Shown here piece by piece: positions 11,777 through 23,356 of a stretch of 64,000 nucleotides of DNA. The stretch covers positions 1 to 64,000 of the forward strand of contig CDPCPM010000180.1 in the NCBI GenBank assembly GCA_976551045.1. The letters run 5' to 3'. Numbering within the stretch: the stretch's first letter is position 1; each line of letters begins with the position of its first letter. The position numbers were made by a program, and so were the translations under genes. This DNA is from Glaucostegus cemiculus (Eukaryota). Under the pieces are notes generated by a model. The model was not told where the DNA came from and ran no database searches. It saw only the letters and a program-made list of their open reading frames with translations.

Positions 11777-12959
11777 TACAGGCAATAGTCTGTTATCTAC
11801 CAGCTGTGGACGTAGGATCAATGTCTAATAACTAGTATCTGTGACTCTCGATAGGTTAAGAAGGTAGTGACAGGGCAGCACTTTGGTAATCTGGCCAATC
11901 AGATTGATGAAATGAAAGCTGAAATTCAGTGTTTGCACTTCTTAAGACCCAAATGTATTTAACCAGAATGTGTAGTTGAGGATTTTTTAAAAGATTGATT
12001 CTGATTTGTATGGCAAACAGTACTTAAGGTAAATATAAGTTTATGACTACTTAGTTTTTGTTTCAAATCATCTTTTAACTAACATTATCCTTCCTTCTAT
12101 GCTGTTAAGTTGAAATGTTTCTGTTGCCTATTTTGCTTGAAGTATTAATTTACTGCCAGCTCAAAGAATGCATTGAACTTAGTGTCCAAATGTCTTGGAT
12201 AACATACATCAAGCAAGTGAAAGCATTGCAATGACTGAAGGGTGGGGGGGGGAGGTAAAATCGATTTACAGAAATTACAATATTTCCCAAATTATCCACA
12301 AATAGCAAAGTTTACTTATGGCAGGGGTTTATGCTCTTTATTTAAATACATGCTTCCTGTAGTGGAGCAAGTAATTTAATATTACTGCTCATAAATTAAC
12401 AATGTAAGTAGGTTTGCAAAAAAAATTGTCAGCTGGCTAACATGCACAATTTATGACTAGTAAGCTCAAGCCATTATTATAGCACAACAAAATGGGATAA
12501 ATGTTACAACATAAAACTGGATTGATTAATAGTTTGTGGGTTGTGAGTGGAGCAACTGCAATACTGACTCATGCTGTACTGACAGATTTTTGGCTGGACT
12601 TGGGAGTCAAGGGTTTACAACTCCACGTGGTTAAAATGATGACATCTTTTACTGTGCCAGTATAAAATTGTTAAATGTAACTAAATGTCTACTCCTGATT
12701 TGACTCTTCAAAGTTATTTATTTTTATGACTGACTTCATAAGGGAATAATAAAGATGCTTATCTTAAACACTCAGTACAACTGCTTTGAATTTACAAAAA
12801 AAATCAGGTGGAGGTCCCTTTATGTGATTTTTTTTGTTTGTATGCTGTAATTAGATGCCTAGTTTATTCAATTAGTGCTGCTTTGAAGTAAGGTGTTACA
12901 TAAGAATAAAATTCAATGCCTGCTAGGAAGGAATCTTCAGTTCTATTTAACAATACATC

Positions 12960-13172
12960 TAGAACATAGAACATTACAGCACAATACAGGCCCTTCGGCC
13001 CATGATATTGTGTCGACATTTTATCCTGCTCTAAGATCGATCTAACCCTTCCCTCCCACATAGCCCTCTATTACTCTATCATTCATGTGCCTATCTAAGA
13101 GTCTCTTAAATGTCTCTAAAGTATCTGCCTCCACCACCTCTTACGGCAGTGCATTCCATGCACCCACCACTT
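12960..13172 (-). mobile_element. CR1 3' end fragment
   Basis: tagaacatagaac tail plus acaggcccttcggccca terminal motif and gcattccatgcacccaccac (VVGAWNAL on the minus strand). Confidence 0.8.
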
Positions 13173-13365
13173 TAAATTAAAAGCTAAGCCTCCAACATTC
13201 AGGAATAGCATAATCAAATTGAATTGAATTATTAGAATATGTAGAGTGTTTTTCTGAAGTCATATGTTATAACTATCCAAGCAAAACCCTAATCTTAAAA
13301 ACATGCCTTTTTTGAATAAGCTCGTTTTTCAATATTAACATTTCCAATAGTCTCTATCATTATGG

Positions 13366-13650
13366 CTTTAGGCTTTAAAGTAATGGGTGGGAAGTTCAAG
13401 GGAGATAGCAGAGGAAGGTTTTTTACCCTGAGAGTGGTTGGGGCATGGAATGCGTTGCCTGGGGTGGTGGTGGAGGCGGGTACATTGTTCAAATTCAAGA
13501 GATTGCTTGATAAGCAGATGGAGGAATTTAAAATAGAGGGATATGGGTGAGGTAGAGGTTAGGTAGTCTTAGGTGAGGTTTAAAGGTCAGCACAACATTG
13601 TGGGCTGAAGGGCCTGTATTGTGCTGTACTGTTCTATGATTCTATGATTA
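13366..13650 (+). mobile_element. CR1 3' end fragment (same subfamily as 33449-34527)
   Basis: GFKVMGGKFKGDSRGRFFTLRVVGAWNALPGVVVEAG; tail ttctatgattctatga. Confidence 0.9.
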
Positions 13651-13879
13651 TGAAAAGTAGCACTTTGTTATGTGTTAAATCTAGTTGACATTTGGATTGT
13701 AAGATGGGCAGTTAACTTCTGGAACCTAGGTTTGAGTGACATTTGAATTATCGACCAAATGTTTTCACTTTTTTTCATCGGTTAACTTTTGGTTTTAATT
13801 CAGTTCATTGCTAATCCTGTAACCTTACTAAAAGATCAATAGGATGGTCACTGCAGGAATAGTAAATGTCACATTGGTA

Positions 13880-14300
13880 CATGACATGGATTCTCACCCC
13901 TCCTACCATCTCTTCACACTCTTGCCATCTGGAAGAAGGCTCCAGTACATCAGGGCAAGGACAACTAGACTGTGCAATAGCTTCTTCCCACGAGCTATCA
14001 GAACTGTGAACTCCCCTCATCCATCCATCACTCCTGCCAACACTAAAGGATGCTAGGCGTACAGAAACGCACCAGCACTTTAAATGTCCGCTGCCAGTAC
14101 GCTTACTTTAAGACTATTTATTAAGTTGTGCTATTTAATTTTGTGGTTCTAATGTTTTTAGTGTCTCACTATCTTTGTGTCTCTCAGTGTTTAGTTTCTT
14201 TTTTTTAATGTGACGAGCGCCTTGATCTGTAGAGTACGGTATTTCGCTCCTATGCATACTGAATGTGTATATGGTAGTGACAATAAAACTGATTCTGATT
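13880..14300 (+). mobile_element. Rex1/Babar-type LINE 3' fragment
   Basis: DSHPSYHLFTLLPSGRRLQYIRARTTRLCNSFFPRAIR; tail gtgacaataaaactgattctgatt. Confidence 0.8.
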
Positions 14301-14684
14301 TTCATGTGATAGCTGATGTAGATTAAAAAAACATTTCCTGTTTTGAAGTTACTTTAAGTAAGCCATGTGTTCACCTGTTATTGAGACTGCCCTTAAAGTG
14401 CTGTATGCTTATTACAAGAGAGGAAAGTAATTCATATTTGTATAATGTTTGTATATCTTATTTTTGGTCACTTTTCTGCAATAGGAGAGCTTTGGTTGCT
14501 TTGTGTGTCTACTGTTTGTCAGATTGTTATGTGGCATTGAAGAGAAAGTAAATATCGCAACATCTGCCAGGCATCACTAAGATGTGCACAGAGATCCAGC
14601 AATGAGAACAATAAATGAAGCTATGTATTCCTTCTCTGACCATGTTGTTCCCTTGGATAATGCAAGTTCTTTGGGCCAATGGCA

Positions 14685-16420
14685 AAACACAGCAAATGCT
14701 GGAAGTCTGAAGTCCATCTGGAAACGTTGGAGAAACTCAGCAGGTCAGGCAGCACACGTGAAAGAGAATCGGTTTCCTGGATCTGAAATCACTGTTCATC
14801 AGAACCAGGAAACATTGATAAGACGAGATTTAAGTTGCAGAGAAGGGAGAAAGGTAAAGAATGGAAGACTTCTGATAAGAAGGCATGAGAGATAGAGTAA
14901 CAAAATTAGAGATGGAGCAGGCAAAAAGAGGATGATAAAGTCTAGTGAACAGTGGAAGGTGTAAAAAGTGGAGGTGAATAAAAGCCATAGCTACCATAAG
15001 AAAAATGTGAGGCAGGTAGCTGGAATATCTGATTATTTGAAATGGTTGAACTCACTATTGAACCCAAAAGGTTGTAATGTGGTTGAGGTGCTGTTCCTTC
15101 ATCTGTCCTTGGACTTTGTTGGAACAATGTAGAAGTCAAAACCACACAACCTACACTGTAGAAGAGATGACATTGTGAGCACTGAATGCAGTATCTTGAA
15201 TTTCTAGAGTGGGCGGAAAACAATTGCTGAGGAAGCACTGGTGTGGAAATGGTGCATTAGGAATGGTGAGATGGAGAGACTGGGAGAATGGAATGTCTGC
15301 TGGAAAGGGTTGTGGAGGTGGATACAATAGGGTCTTTTCAAGAGACTGTTGGATAGGTACATGGAGCAAAATAAGATAGAGGGCTATGGGTAAGCCTAGT
15401 AGTTTCTAGTGTAGGGACATGTTCGGCACAGCTTTGTGGGCCAAAGGGCCTGACTTGTGCTGTAGGTGTTCTATGTTCCATTACAGAAAACAGTACAAGA
15501 GAAAATGTAGTCTCAGGATCTGTGGGAGCATGAGTTTTTAGTGGATGTTAGTAGCTATCCAATAGTTTGAAATGGCGAAAGCAAAGGGAGAATTTGAAGA
15601 AGAAACATGTGAAAGGGTAAGCGTGATGTAAGTTAGCAAGAAGTTGATGAATCTTCATAGTTCAAAATGAGAACTGAAAACTCTTGTACAGTTTTCAATG
15701 TATCATAAAAAGGAGTGAAGGAGGGACCTGACTAGGACTGAAACAAGGAATGTTGTATGTATTCCCATGGAGAGATCAGTACAGATTGTACCCACAGATT
15801 TTCATTAACTGTACCTTTCTATTTTGGAGGAGTGAGGGAAGTTCAGTGCGAGGAAAAAGATGGTAGAAGGGAACTAGGTGCGCCTCTGTTCAAAGAAGAA
15901 GCAGAGGGATCCCAGACAATCCTGTGTAGAAGAATTGCACATTCATGGTGAAAATGAACCAGCTGGGCCCAGGAAACTAGAAACTTAGAAAGCAAGAAAG
16001 TGCCAGAAGTACTTTGCAGTGAGTAATTATTATCAGAAACTCAGTGTAAGGGCTTTGGGATCGGAGTCAGTGCTTTCGAAGGGGACTGGGAAAAGTGCCA
16101 CGGAGTGTCAGAAATGTCGTGGATGTAAATGGGAATAGACTGGATGAAAAGAGAAACAATGGAGTCAAGTAGGAAGAAATGGATTCTGTGGGATGAGTAT
16201 AACTTGAAGCAATGGGTCTACCAAGACAGTCCTCCGCATAGAACTTAGGGAAGAAAGAGATGTGGGATGTTTATAGTTAGGGAACAATAAGGTAGGAGGC
16301 TGTGGAGGGAAGGAATGGGAGGAAACACCTCAACCACCAGAACAAATGGGAGGTCATTTTCTGAGACTGTGGCTTGATAATCAGTGGTAAGGTCATGGTC
16401 CTGAGGGAGTTTTAAGGACT
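14685..16420 (-). mobile_element. Degraded Penelope-like element with a nested CR1 tail (about 15315-15480, +)
   Basis: Terminal motif aactcagcaggtcaggcagca; minus-strand YCIQCSQC (GIY-YIG region); purine-rich + strand typical of the antisense of this family. Confidence 0.6.
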
Positions 16421-17079
16421 TGTCATTAATCTAGAGCTTGTCCATATAGGAGGAAGTTGCTTGTTTCCTGGTAAAATACTTGAAGACATTGAGACCATTG
16501 ATTCCAGGTGCTCTGAAGTTTCTGAGAATTTTATAAGGATGGAAATCAGAATCAGAATCAGTTTTATTGTCACAACCATATACATAATGCATCACATAAT
16601 GCATATAGCTTAATGGTGGTGGAAGCAAGCCAGGCATATTGGGTCAAGTGCAGAGCACTGGGCTCCATTGGGACTAAGTAAATATACAGCTAACTATTCG
16701 GCTTTGTTTTTGCTGTTTGAATCCCTTGATATCAGTTCCTGTGAAGATGTGGTATGTAAAACTGAGCAAAAAGATAATTTCTATTTACACACTCTCAGTT
16801 GATTTCAGCGTTGAGGTTATTGTAGATTTGAGACTATGACAAAATGCTGAAAACATCTTTGTTGATTGCAAGGAATGTTTTGACAATTAGCAAATAGTGA
16901 ACTTATTTGACTATTATAGCATTCAACCCTTTGTCATCGAGCTACATTGTCAGCTTCTCCTTGTAGTGAAGTAATATACTACTTGATATATGGACCAAGT
17001 TATGCCTGTAGTTTTGCTTGAAGCCTCTGCAATTTCTCAGTATAATTGTCAATATGTTTCAGGATTTGAAGTCTCAAGC

Positions 17080-19080
17080 TTATTAGTTCATGTCCTATCA
17101 TGTTCGAACCCCTTCAGCCAGTCTTCTGGCAGTGCCATGCCACTGAAAACAGTCCTTATCAAACTTGCAAATAACTAAACTATCTCTATTTGGCCCTTGC
17201 AAACCTGTTTCCTATCTTTCAGATGGTTGGCTCAACCTCTTCAAAGACATATTCCTTATCTGAGCAGGATTGCCCCTGTTTAGTTCCTATGCTTTTGTTA
17301 TTTAGCTGTAGTCAGGAATCTCTTGCAGTGGCTGCACTTCTCATTCCTACGAATTGCTTTTGAGGTTTTCAAAGGATCTATCCTTGGCCGTCTCTGTTTC
17401 TTATGTAAATGCAGTTGTTTGCCAATATTATAGCCTGCTCTGATCATTGCTAACCATCTATCTCAACAAAGTATGTTGGCCTTCATTGCAAGGGGATTGA
17501 GTACATCAACAAGAATGTGTTGCTGCAGTTGTATACAGCCTTGGTGAGACCCTATCTGGAGCTTTGTGTGCAGTTTTGGTCTCTTTATCTGATGAAGAAT
17601 ATTCTTGCATGGAGTGCAACAAAGGCCTCAACTGGCAGGACCGACTTATGAGGAGAGATTGGGTCAATTTTACCTGTATATACTGGAGTTGAAAGTTTTC
17701 AGAGGAGATCTTATAGAAGCCTATAAAATTCTATTAGGACAGAACAGGCAAGATGCAGAGAGGATATTCCTGATGGCAGGGGACTTGAGAACTAGGGGTC
17801 ACAACCTAGCTATCTGGGATCTGCCATCTAGAACCGGGACCAGGAGAAATCTTTTCTTCCAGACTGCAGTGAACCTCTGGCCTTCTCTACTGCTGAAGGC
17901 AGTGGAGACCAGGGCCTTGAGAATATTCAAGAAGAACTCTGTCCCCATAGCCATGGGGACAGATTTCTCCATCTCCTCCTTCGATTATCCATCCATCTCC
18001 TTCGATATGTTCAGCAATTTGGCCTCAGCAGCCCTCTGTGGTAGCTAATTCCTTAGCTTCACCGTCCTCTGTGAAGAAGTTTTTACACATTTGGGTTCCA
18101 AATTTCTAGCCCTTAACCTGATACTGTGACCAACGTTCTGGTCTCCTTAGCCAGGGAAAAGGTCTCCTCGCATCCAGTCTGTCTAGCCCTGTCAAAGTTT
18201 GTAATTTTCAGTTTAGTCCCCTCTCATTCTTCTAAAATCTAGTGAATACAAACTTAGTCAACCTATTCTGTCCTCATACAGCAGCTCCACCATCACAGGA
18301 AATGTCTGTTGAACCTTCATTGTTTTCTACCAATGACAAGATACATCCTTTCATCTGTCACATTTCCTATAATGTAAAAGGACTCCATTTGGTATTTCCC
18401 TGTAACTCTTCTCAATCTAACAATTGTACGTTGCCTTTCTGTTTATTCTACCAAAGTGGATAACTTCACAATTATCTTTATCAGCCATGTTTTTGCCTAC
18501 TCTCTCAAACTGTCTAAGTTTCCTTGAAATCTCTTTGCATTCTCATCACAATTCACAATCCCAGTTGTCTGGAAAAAAAAACAAAGTTGGATTCCTTTCA
18601 TTCATTGACAGTCCCCAGCTCTACCTCATTATTTTGCTGTCAACCCCTCCATTGATTAGTCTGTTTGACAATTCAGTATTGGCTTAGCAGAAATTTCCTC
18701 CAGTTAAGTATTGGGAAAGCCAAAACCCTTGGTTTTAATGTAGCTGCCTACTCTGCTCTCTAGCTGCCAGTTCTGTTTTTCATTGTGACCGTTTGCTGAG
18801 GTTGAATCAGACTTTTCTTAACCTCAGTTTAGCTTACCATTTTGGTGAACAGCTGAGCCTTTGACCCCACATCTTCTCTAAACCCAAGATTACCATTTCT
18901 ACCTCTGCATCATATGATGCTGCCTGTTACTGAGGTCATGTCACTATTATTCATGCATTCAAGAATACCAGGACTCTCCTTTTCAGCATTTCATATTGCA
19001 TCCTTCAAAATTTTGAGCTCAGTTGAAGCTTTGCTCATATCCTAATTCTCAAGTTCTGTTCACCCATCATCATGACTTTT
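17080..19080 (+). mobile_element. Old L2-like LINE remnant containing two oppositely oriented CR1 fragments (about 17465-17935 + and 18005-18560 -)
   Basis: L2-like STETAL.K..ND remnant (LKTVLIKLANN) and aaggatctatccttggcc; CR1 ORF 17605-18048 RGDLIEAYKIL...RTRGHNL. Confidence 0.6.
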
Positions 19081-19429
19081 TGATGAGGTGGAAGCAGAGT
19101 CTTTGAGTATTTTTTGAGGCAGAGTAGATAGATTCTTAATAAGCAGGGAGATGAAAGGTTGCTGGCAGCAGGCAGGAATATGGAGTTGAGGTTACAGTTA
19201 GGATTGCCGTGATTTTATTGAATGGCAGAGCAGATTTGAAAGTATGAGTGGCCCGCTGCTGCTCTTGTACTTGGGCTCAATGTTCAACTGATTTTCAAAT
19301 TCTCACCCTTGATTTTAAATACCGCCATGGATTTTATCCTTTATTTATATCTCCAGTCCAATACTCCCAAGATGTTCATAGTCCTTACAGAATTTCAATT
19401 CCAACCTCCTCACCTTAATCTCTCTACAA

Positions 19430-20040
19430 CCCTCTGAATAGAAGAAAAGTTCTAAATGTCTCAGCTCAACTCAGCCAAACCTAATTCTGAGACTATCATC
19501 TGCTTTTACACTCCCCAGACAGGGGAAATCTCAGAATGTTTTCTGCCTCACTGAGAGTCCATTTCAATCTTCAGAACTTTAGGGAACTTAAGCTGAGTTA
19601 TTACTTCTACAAAGGCAAATGTCCTTATTGCAAGATTCAGTCGAGAAAACCTGTTTCACTTACTTCAAAAGCATGAGTATTTCTACTTGGGCAAAGGCCC
19701 AAAACTGTATTCTGTACTTCAGGTGTCTCAACCATATTTGCAATGACTTTACTTGTATGCGCCAGTCCTTTATGTCATAGAAGCTAACATAATGTTTGCT
19801 TTTCCAATTGCTTGTGTGTACATGTTTTGTGCTTTGTATGCAAGATACTCAGGACTCTCTGAATACTAACCTTTCTCAGTCTCACCTTTCTTGAAAATAT
19901 TGTACCCTTCAGTTGTTTTTCGCCCTAAGTAATTAACCACATGCTCCTTATCAGATTTGTACTGTCACCTTATTACCCATTCACTTAACCTCTGTGTATC
20001 TTTTGGAGGCATCGTGCATATCTGTACTGTAGCCATGTCA
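19430..20040 (-). mobile_element. Highly degraded CR1 fragment
   Basis: Antisense CR1 motifs (cccaaaactgtattctgtacttcaggtg; aagctaacataatgtttgcttttccaattgc). Confidence 0.5.
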
Positions 20041-21184
20041 CGGGCAAAAAATCTATTCTGTTCTGGGTAAAATCTAACAAACTCAATTGATTGTGGACTG
20101 AATAAACAATAAAATCTTTCCCATATACAAGCAGCTGTTCTTGCCATTCCTTCTCAATTGTTAAGTACAATAATTTACAGTAATTTATACCTGTGCTCAG
20201 CAAAATACTAATTGTCTACTCTCCTGATGATTTGCATATTGATCAAGACGGCTTCCCTGGGCAATAGTTGTAGCTTAGCTGTTTGGGATGGTTGATGACT
20301 TTAAAGTTACTTCAGAAGTAAAAAGCTTTTATTCTCCTTGTGAAATAGAACTTGCAGGACTAATCCTTTCAGGTACCTGGCATGCTGTGATTTTGCACAG
20401 TTGTCTTATATGAGGGGTATGAGAAGCATTATTCACCTACAGGCATGTGATTTGGTTTCCTGTAGTTTGAACACACACGGCCTTTTGTGTGTGTTGCCAA
20501 GTTTACCTGAGAATTGGGGCGGAAAACTACAGTGCTTCAGCCTGTTGCAACTTTATCAGTGTTAGCTAGCATGGGATATCAACCTTTTCCACCAAGATTT
20601 CTTCTTCGTTCTCAACTGTAAAATCAAGTGTCATCTTCCTTGCATTGCAGTACAGAGGGTATCCTCCTCATCCTGGGCAAGGTGAAAGTACATCCAATAT
20701 TTGGTTGAGCATTTGGACAAATCTTTAGGTGAATTTTACATTTCTGAAAGGAAATAGCAGCTTTCAGCTGTTGAAACATCAAATCCCTCAGGCAGAAGTT
20801 CCGGCGACAGTAGTATCAGCCACTACATTTTGTCACTGAATGCTGTCGCAAGATTTTCTTATAACTTTTGCATCCTGTCAAAGCTTAGATTATGCAGGCT
20901 GGGGCCTTGGTTGTTGCTGAGACCCCAATGAAGAGAATGGCCAGAGAGATCAGCTCTCTTCATGCAGATACAATGAGTGTTAGTATGCAGAGACCCTAGA
21001 TGGTGACTTTAGACAGCAGGCCAGTTTCAATAAGATTTGGCTGAATTTATGTTGTCTCTTTCCAGTGCAACAAATCGACCTTACGAATGAGTCTGGCTCT
21101 TGTATCTTCTAACTTGCAATGCAATAAAATTTAGCATACTTGGGTAAAGCAGTTGTACCAGGATTTCTGATGGCTATTGTGTAT

Positions 21185-22009
21185 TGTTACGAAGTAGCTT
21201 ACTATAGGCAAATATCCCTTTAAGATGGGACATTGCGTGTGTGTGCCACGTATTACATCAACAGAAGATGGGACTAACGTGATGAGGTCACTGCAAGAAA
21301 GAAAAAGATAAGAGAGAGAGACAGACAGATGGAAAGAAAGAAGAAGGAGAGATGGCAGCCTGTTTTGTTTCTGTCGATGGATGAAGGACAGTAACTGTGT
21401 TTGTCACTAAAATCCGGGCATGGATTTCTGGAGTGGTCCAGTGGAGTTCACTTTGTCAGTAACCTGTAGAAGGACACAGGTGTTTGCGTGAACAACCACA
21501 TTTTGGATGCTCTTCAGAGTGGCAGATACAGTGGAACAAAGTGACGGAATTCACTTTGCTGCTAACCTGTAGAAGAACACAGGTATTTGCATGGACAGTA
21601 AACATACAAGGAGTTTTCAGGGTGAGAAAGTCACAACTGAGTAAGCCCTGAAGTGTCGTTTGAGTTTCGAGTGGAACATTCGGATTTTGTGATTCCTCTC
21701 TAATCTCTCTCTATATCTATGTTTTGTCTTCGGTGGACAGTGCTTGTGAAGAAGCCTTTATTCGTGTCATCTTACGGCTTACTGAACTGAACTTTAAGAA
21801 CTAATTCCTGGACTTGGAGTTTAGGAACTTGCCGCACACACACAACGAGTAGTTTTGGGTTTATAGTTTAAGATTTTAACATTATATTGTGTACTAATAT
21901 ACTAACTTTTTATTCTTATTTTGCATATTATCGGATGTAGTTATTAATAAAGTAGTTTTAACACTGAAGTATGACTTGGTGTGCTTCTTTTGTTGCTGGT
22001 TTCGTAACA
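21185..22009 (+). repeat. LTR copy 1 (825 bp, TG...CA)
   Basis: Ends TGTTACGAA...TTCGTAACA (9-bp terminal inverted repeat); AATAAA at 21946-21951; internal ~102-bp-period direct repeat (about 21444 and 21546); followed by the PBS. Confidence 0.9.
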
Positions 22010-22013
22010 AAAT

Positions 22014-22031
22014 TGGGGGCTCGTCCGGGAT
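22014..22031 (+). promoter_or_regulatory. Primer binding site, tRNA-Pro
   Basis: TGGGGGCTCGTCCGGGAT, the canonical 18-nt complement of the tRNA-Pro 3' end, 4 nt downstream of the LTR CA. Confidence 0.95.
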
Positions 22032-22181
22032 CTTCCCAAGATTAATGAGTGTCGTTCTGGGATCCAGTCCAAAGATTTGGTTTGCAGTCAAACTTAAGAC
22101 TGGTACTGGAGGTCTGAGTTTGGACATTGGGGTTGGTCCAATACATTTTCTTAATTGGCGTGTGTGTGGAAACCAGTAGCA

Positions 22182-22583
22182 ATGGAAGCGTTTATGAAAA
22201 AACCCACACCAAGTGGATTGCAGAGAATGAAGAAGTCTGAATTATTAATTCTTGCAACAGAGCTAAAACTTACAACAGTAACACAATCTATGAAGAAAGC
22301 AGATATCCAGAGAATAATAGCTGGCCATATGAAATTTGACTGTTCTGTTTTGAAGAGAAAGCAAGAAAAGGGAGCTGTGCCAACTTCCTGTTGTCAAGTT
22401 ATTAAACCCAGAAATAAAAGAGGTTTTGGGGAGGTAGTGAAAGATCAGTCCTTGCTAGAGATGAAGACTGAAGAGCTGGATGAGGTGAGGGAGGAATTCC
22501 GTTCATATCTATCAGAAGATTCCAGGTATTTTGTTACGAAACCAGCAACAAAAGAAGCACACCAAGTCATACTTCAGTGTTAA
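22182..22583 (+). pseudogene. Internally deleted gag-like ORF (133 aa) running into the inverted LTR
   Basis: gcaATGG start. MEAFMKKPTPSGLQRMKKSELLILATELKL...KKADIQRIIA resembles N-termini of fish Gmr1-like Gypsy Gag and is fused to a half zinc knuckle GHMKFDC. Stop codon lies inside LTR copy 2. Confidence 0.7.
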
Positions 22584-23356
22584 AACTACTTTATTAATAA
22601 CTACATCCGATAATATGCAAAATAAGAATAAAAAGTTAGTATATTAGTACACAATATAATGTTAAAATCTTAAACTATAAACCCAAAACTACTCGTTGTG
22701 TGTGTGCGGCAAGTTCCTAAACTCCAAGTCCAGGAATTAGTTCTTAAAGTTCAGTTCAGTAAGCCGTAAGATGACACGAATAAAGGCTTCTTCACAAGCA
22801 CTGTCCACCGAAGACAAAACATAGATATAGAGAGAGATTAGAGAGGAATCACAAAATCCGAATGTTCCACTCGAAACTCAAACGACACTTCAGGGCTTAC
22901 TCAGTTGTGACTTTCTCACCCTGAAAACTCCTTGTATGTTTACTGTCCATGCAAATACCTGTGTTCTTCTACAGGTTAGCAGCAAAGTGAATTCCGTCAC
23001 TTTGTTCCACTGTATCTGCCACTCTGAAGAGCATCCAAAATGTGGTTGTTCACGCAAACACCTGTGTCCTTCTACAGGTTACTGACAAAGTGAACTCCAC
23101 TGGACCACTCCAGAAATCCATGCCCGGATTTTAGTGACAAACACAGTTACTGTCCTTCATCCATCGACAGAAACAAAACAGGCTGCCATCTCTCCTTCTT
23201 CTTTCTTTCCATCTGTCTGTCTCTCTCTCTTATCTTTTTCTTTCTTGCAGTGACCTCATCACGTTAGTCCCATCTTCTGTTGATGTAATACGTGGCACAC
23301 ACACGCAATGTCCCATCTTAAAGGGATATTTGCCTATAGTAAGCTACTTCGTAACA
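22532..23356 (-). repeat. LTR copy 2, inverted (825 bp)
   Basis: Reverse complement of 21185-22009; same length, and no mismatch in the segments compared by eye. Confidence 0.92.

Larger units (their letters stand above)
21185..23356. mobile_element. Non-autonomous Gypsy (Gmr1-like) LTR-retrotransposon derivative with inverted LTRs; 4-bp TSD GTAT
   Basis: GTAT(21181-21184)|TGTTACGAAG...CTTCGTAACA|GTAT(23357-23360). 21185-22013 is the reverse complement of 22528-23356; the spacer holds the PBS and gag remnant. Confidence 0.92.

Noticed and set aside
20230-21180. Complex, coding-looking sequence upstream of the LTR element
   Set aside because: No sustained reading frame or recognisable motif on either strand; may be an ancient transposon, but I cannot support a call.
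22014-22031. Endogenous gammaretrovirus, because of the tRNA-Pro PBS
   Set aside because: The downstream ORF starts only ~150 bp after the PBS, lacks an MG myristoylation start and resembles fish Gypsy Gag. The PBS alone is not diagnostic.
21185-23356. Interpretation as a DIRS element or an autonomous Ginger/DNA transposon
   Set aside because: DIRS elements lack tRNA PBSs and TSDs. No tyrosine recombinase, integrase or transposase is encoded here, and the PBS plus gag remnant indicate Gypsy LTR origin.
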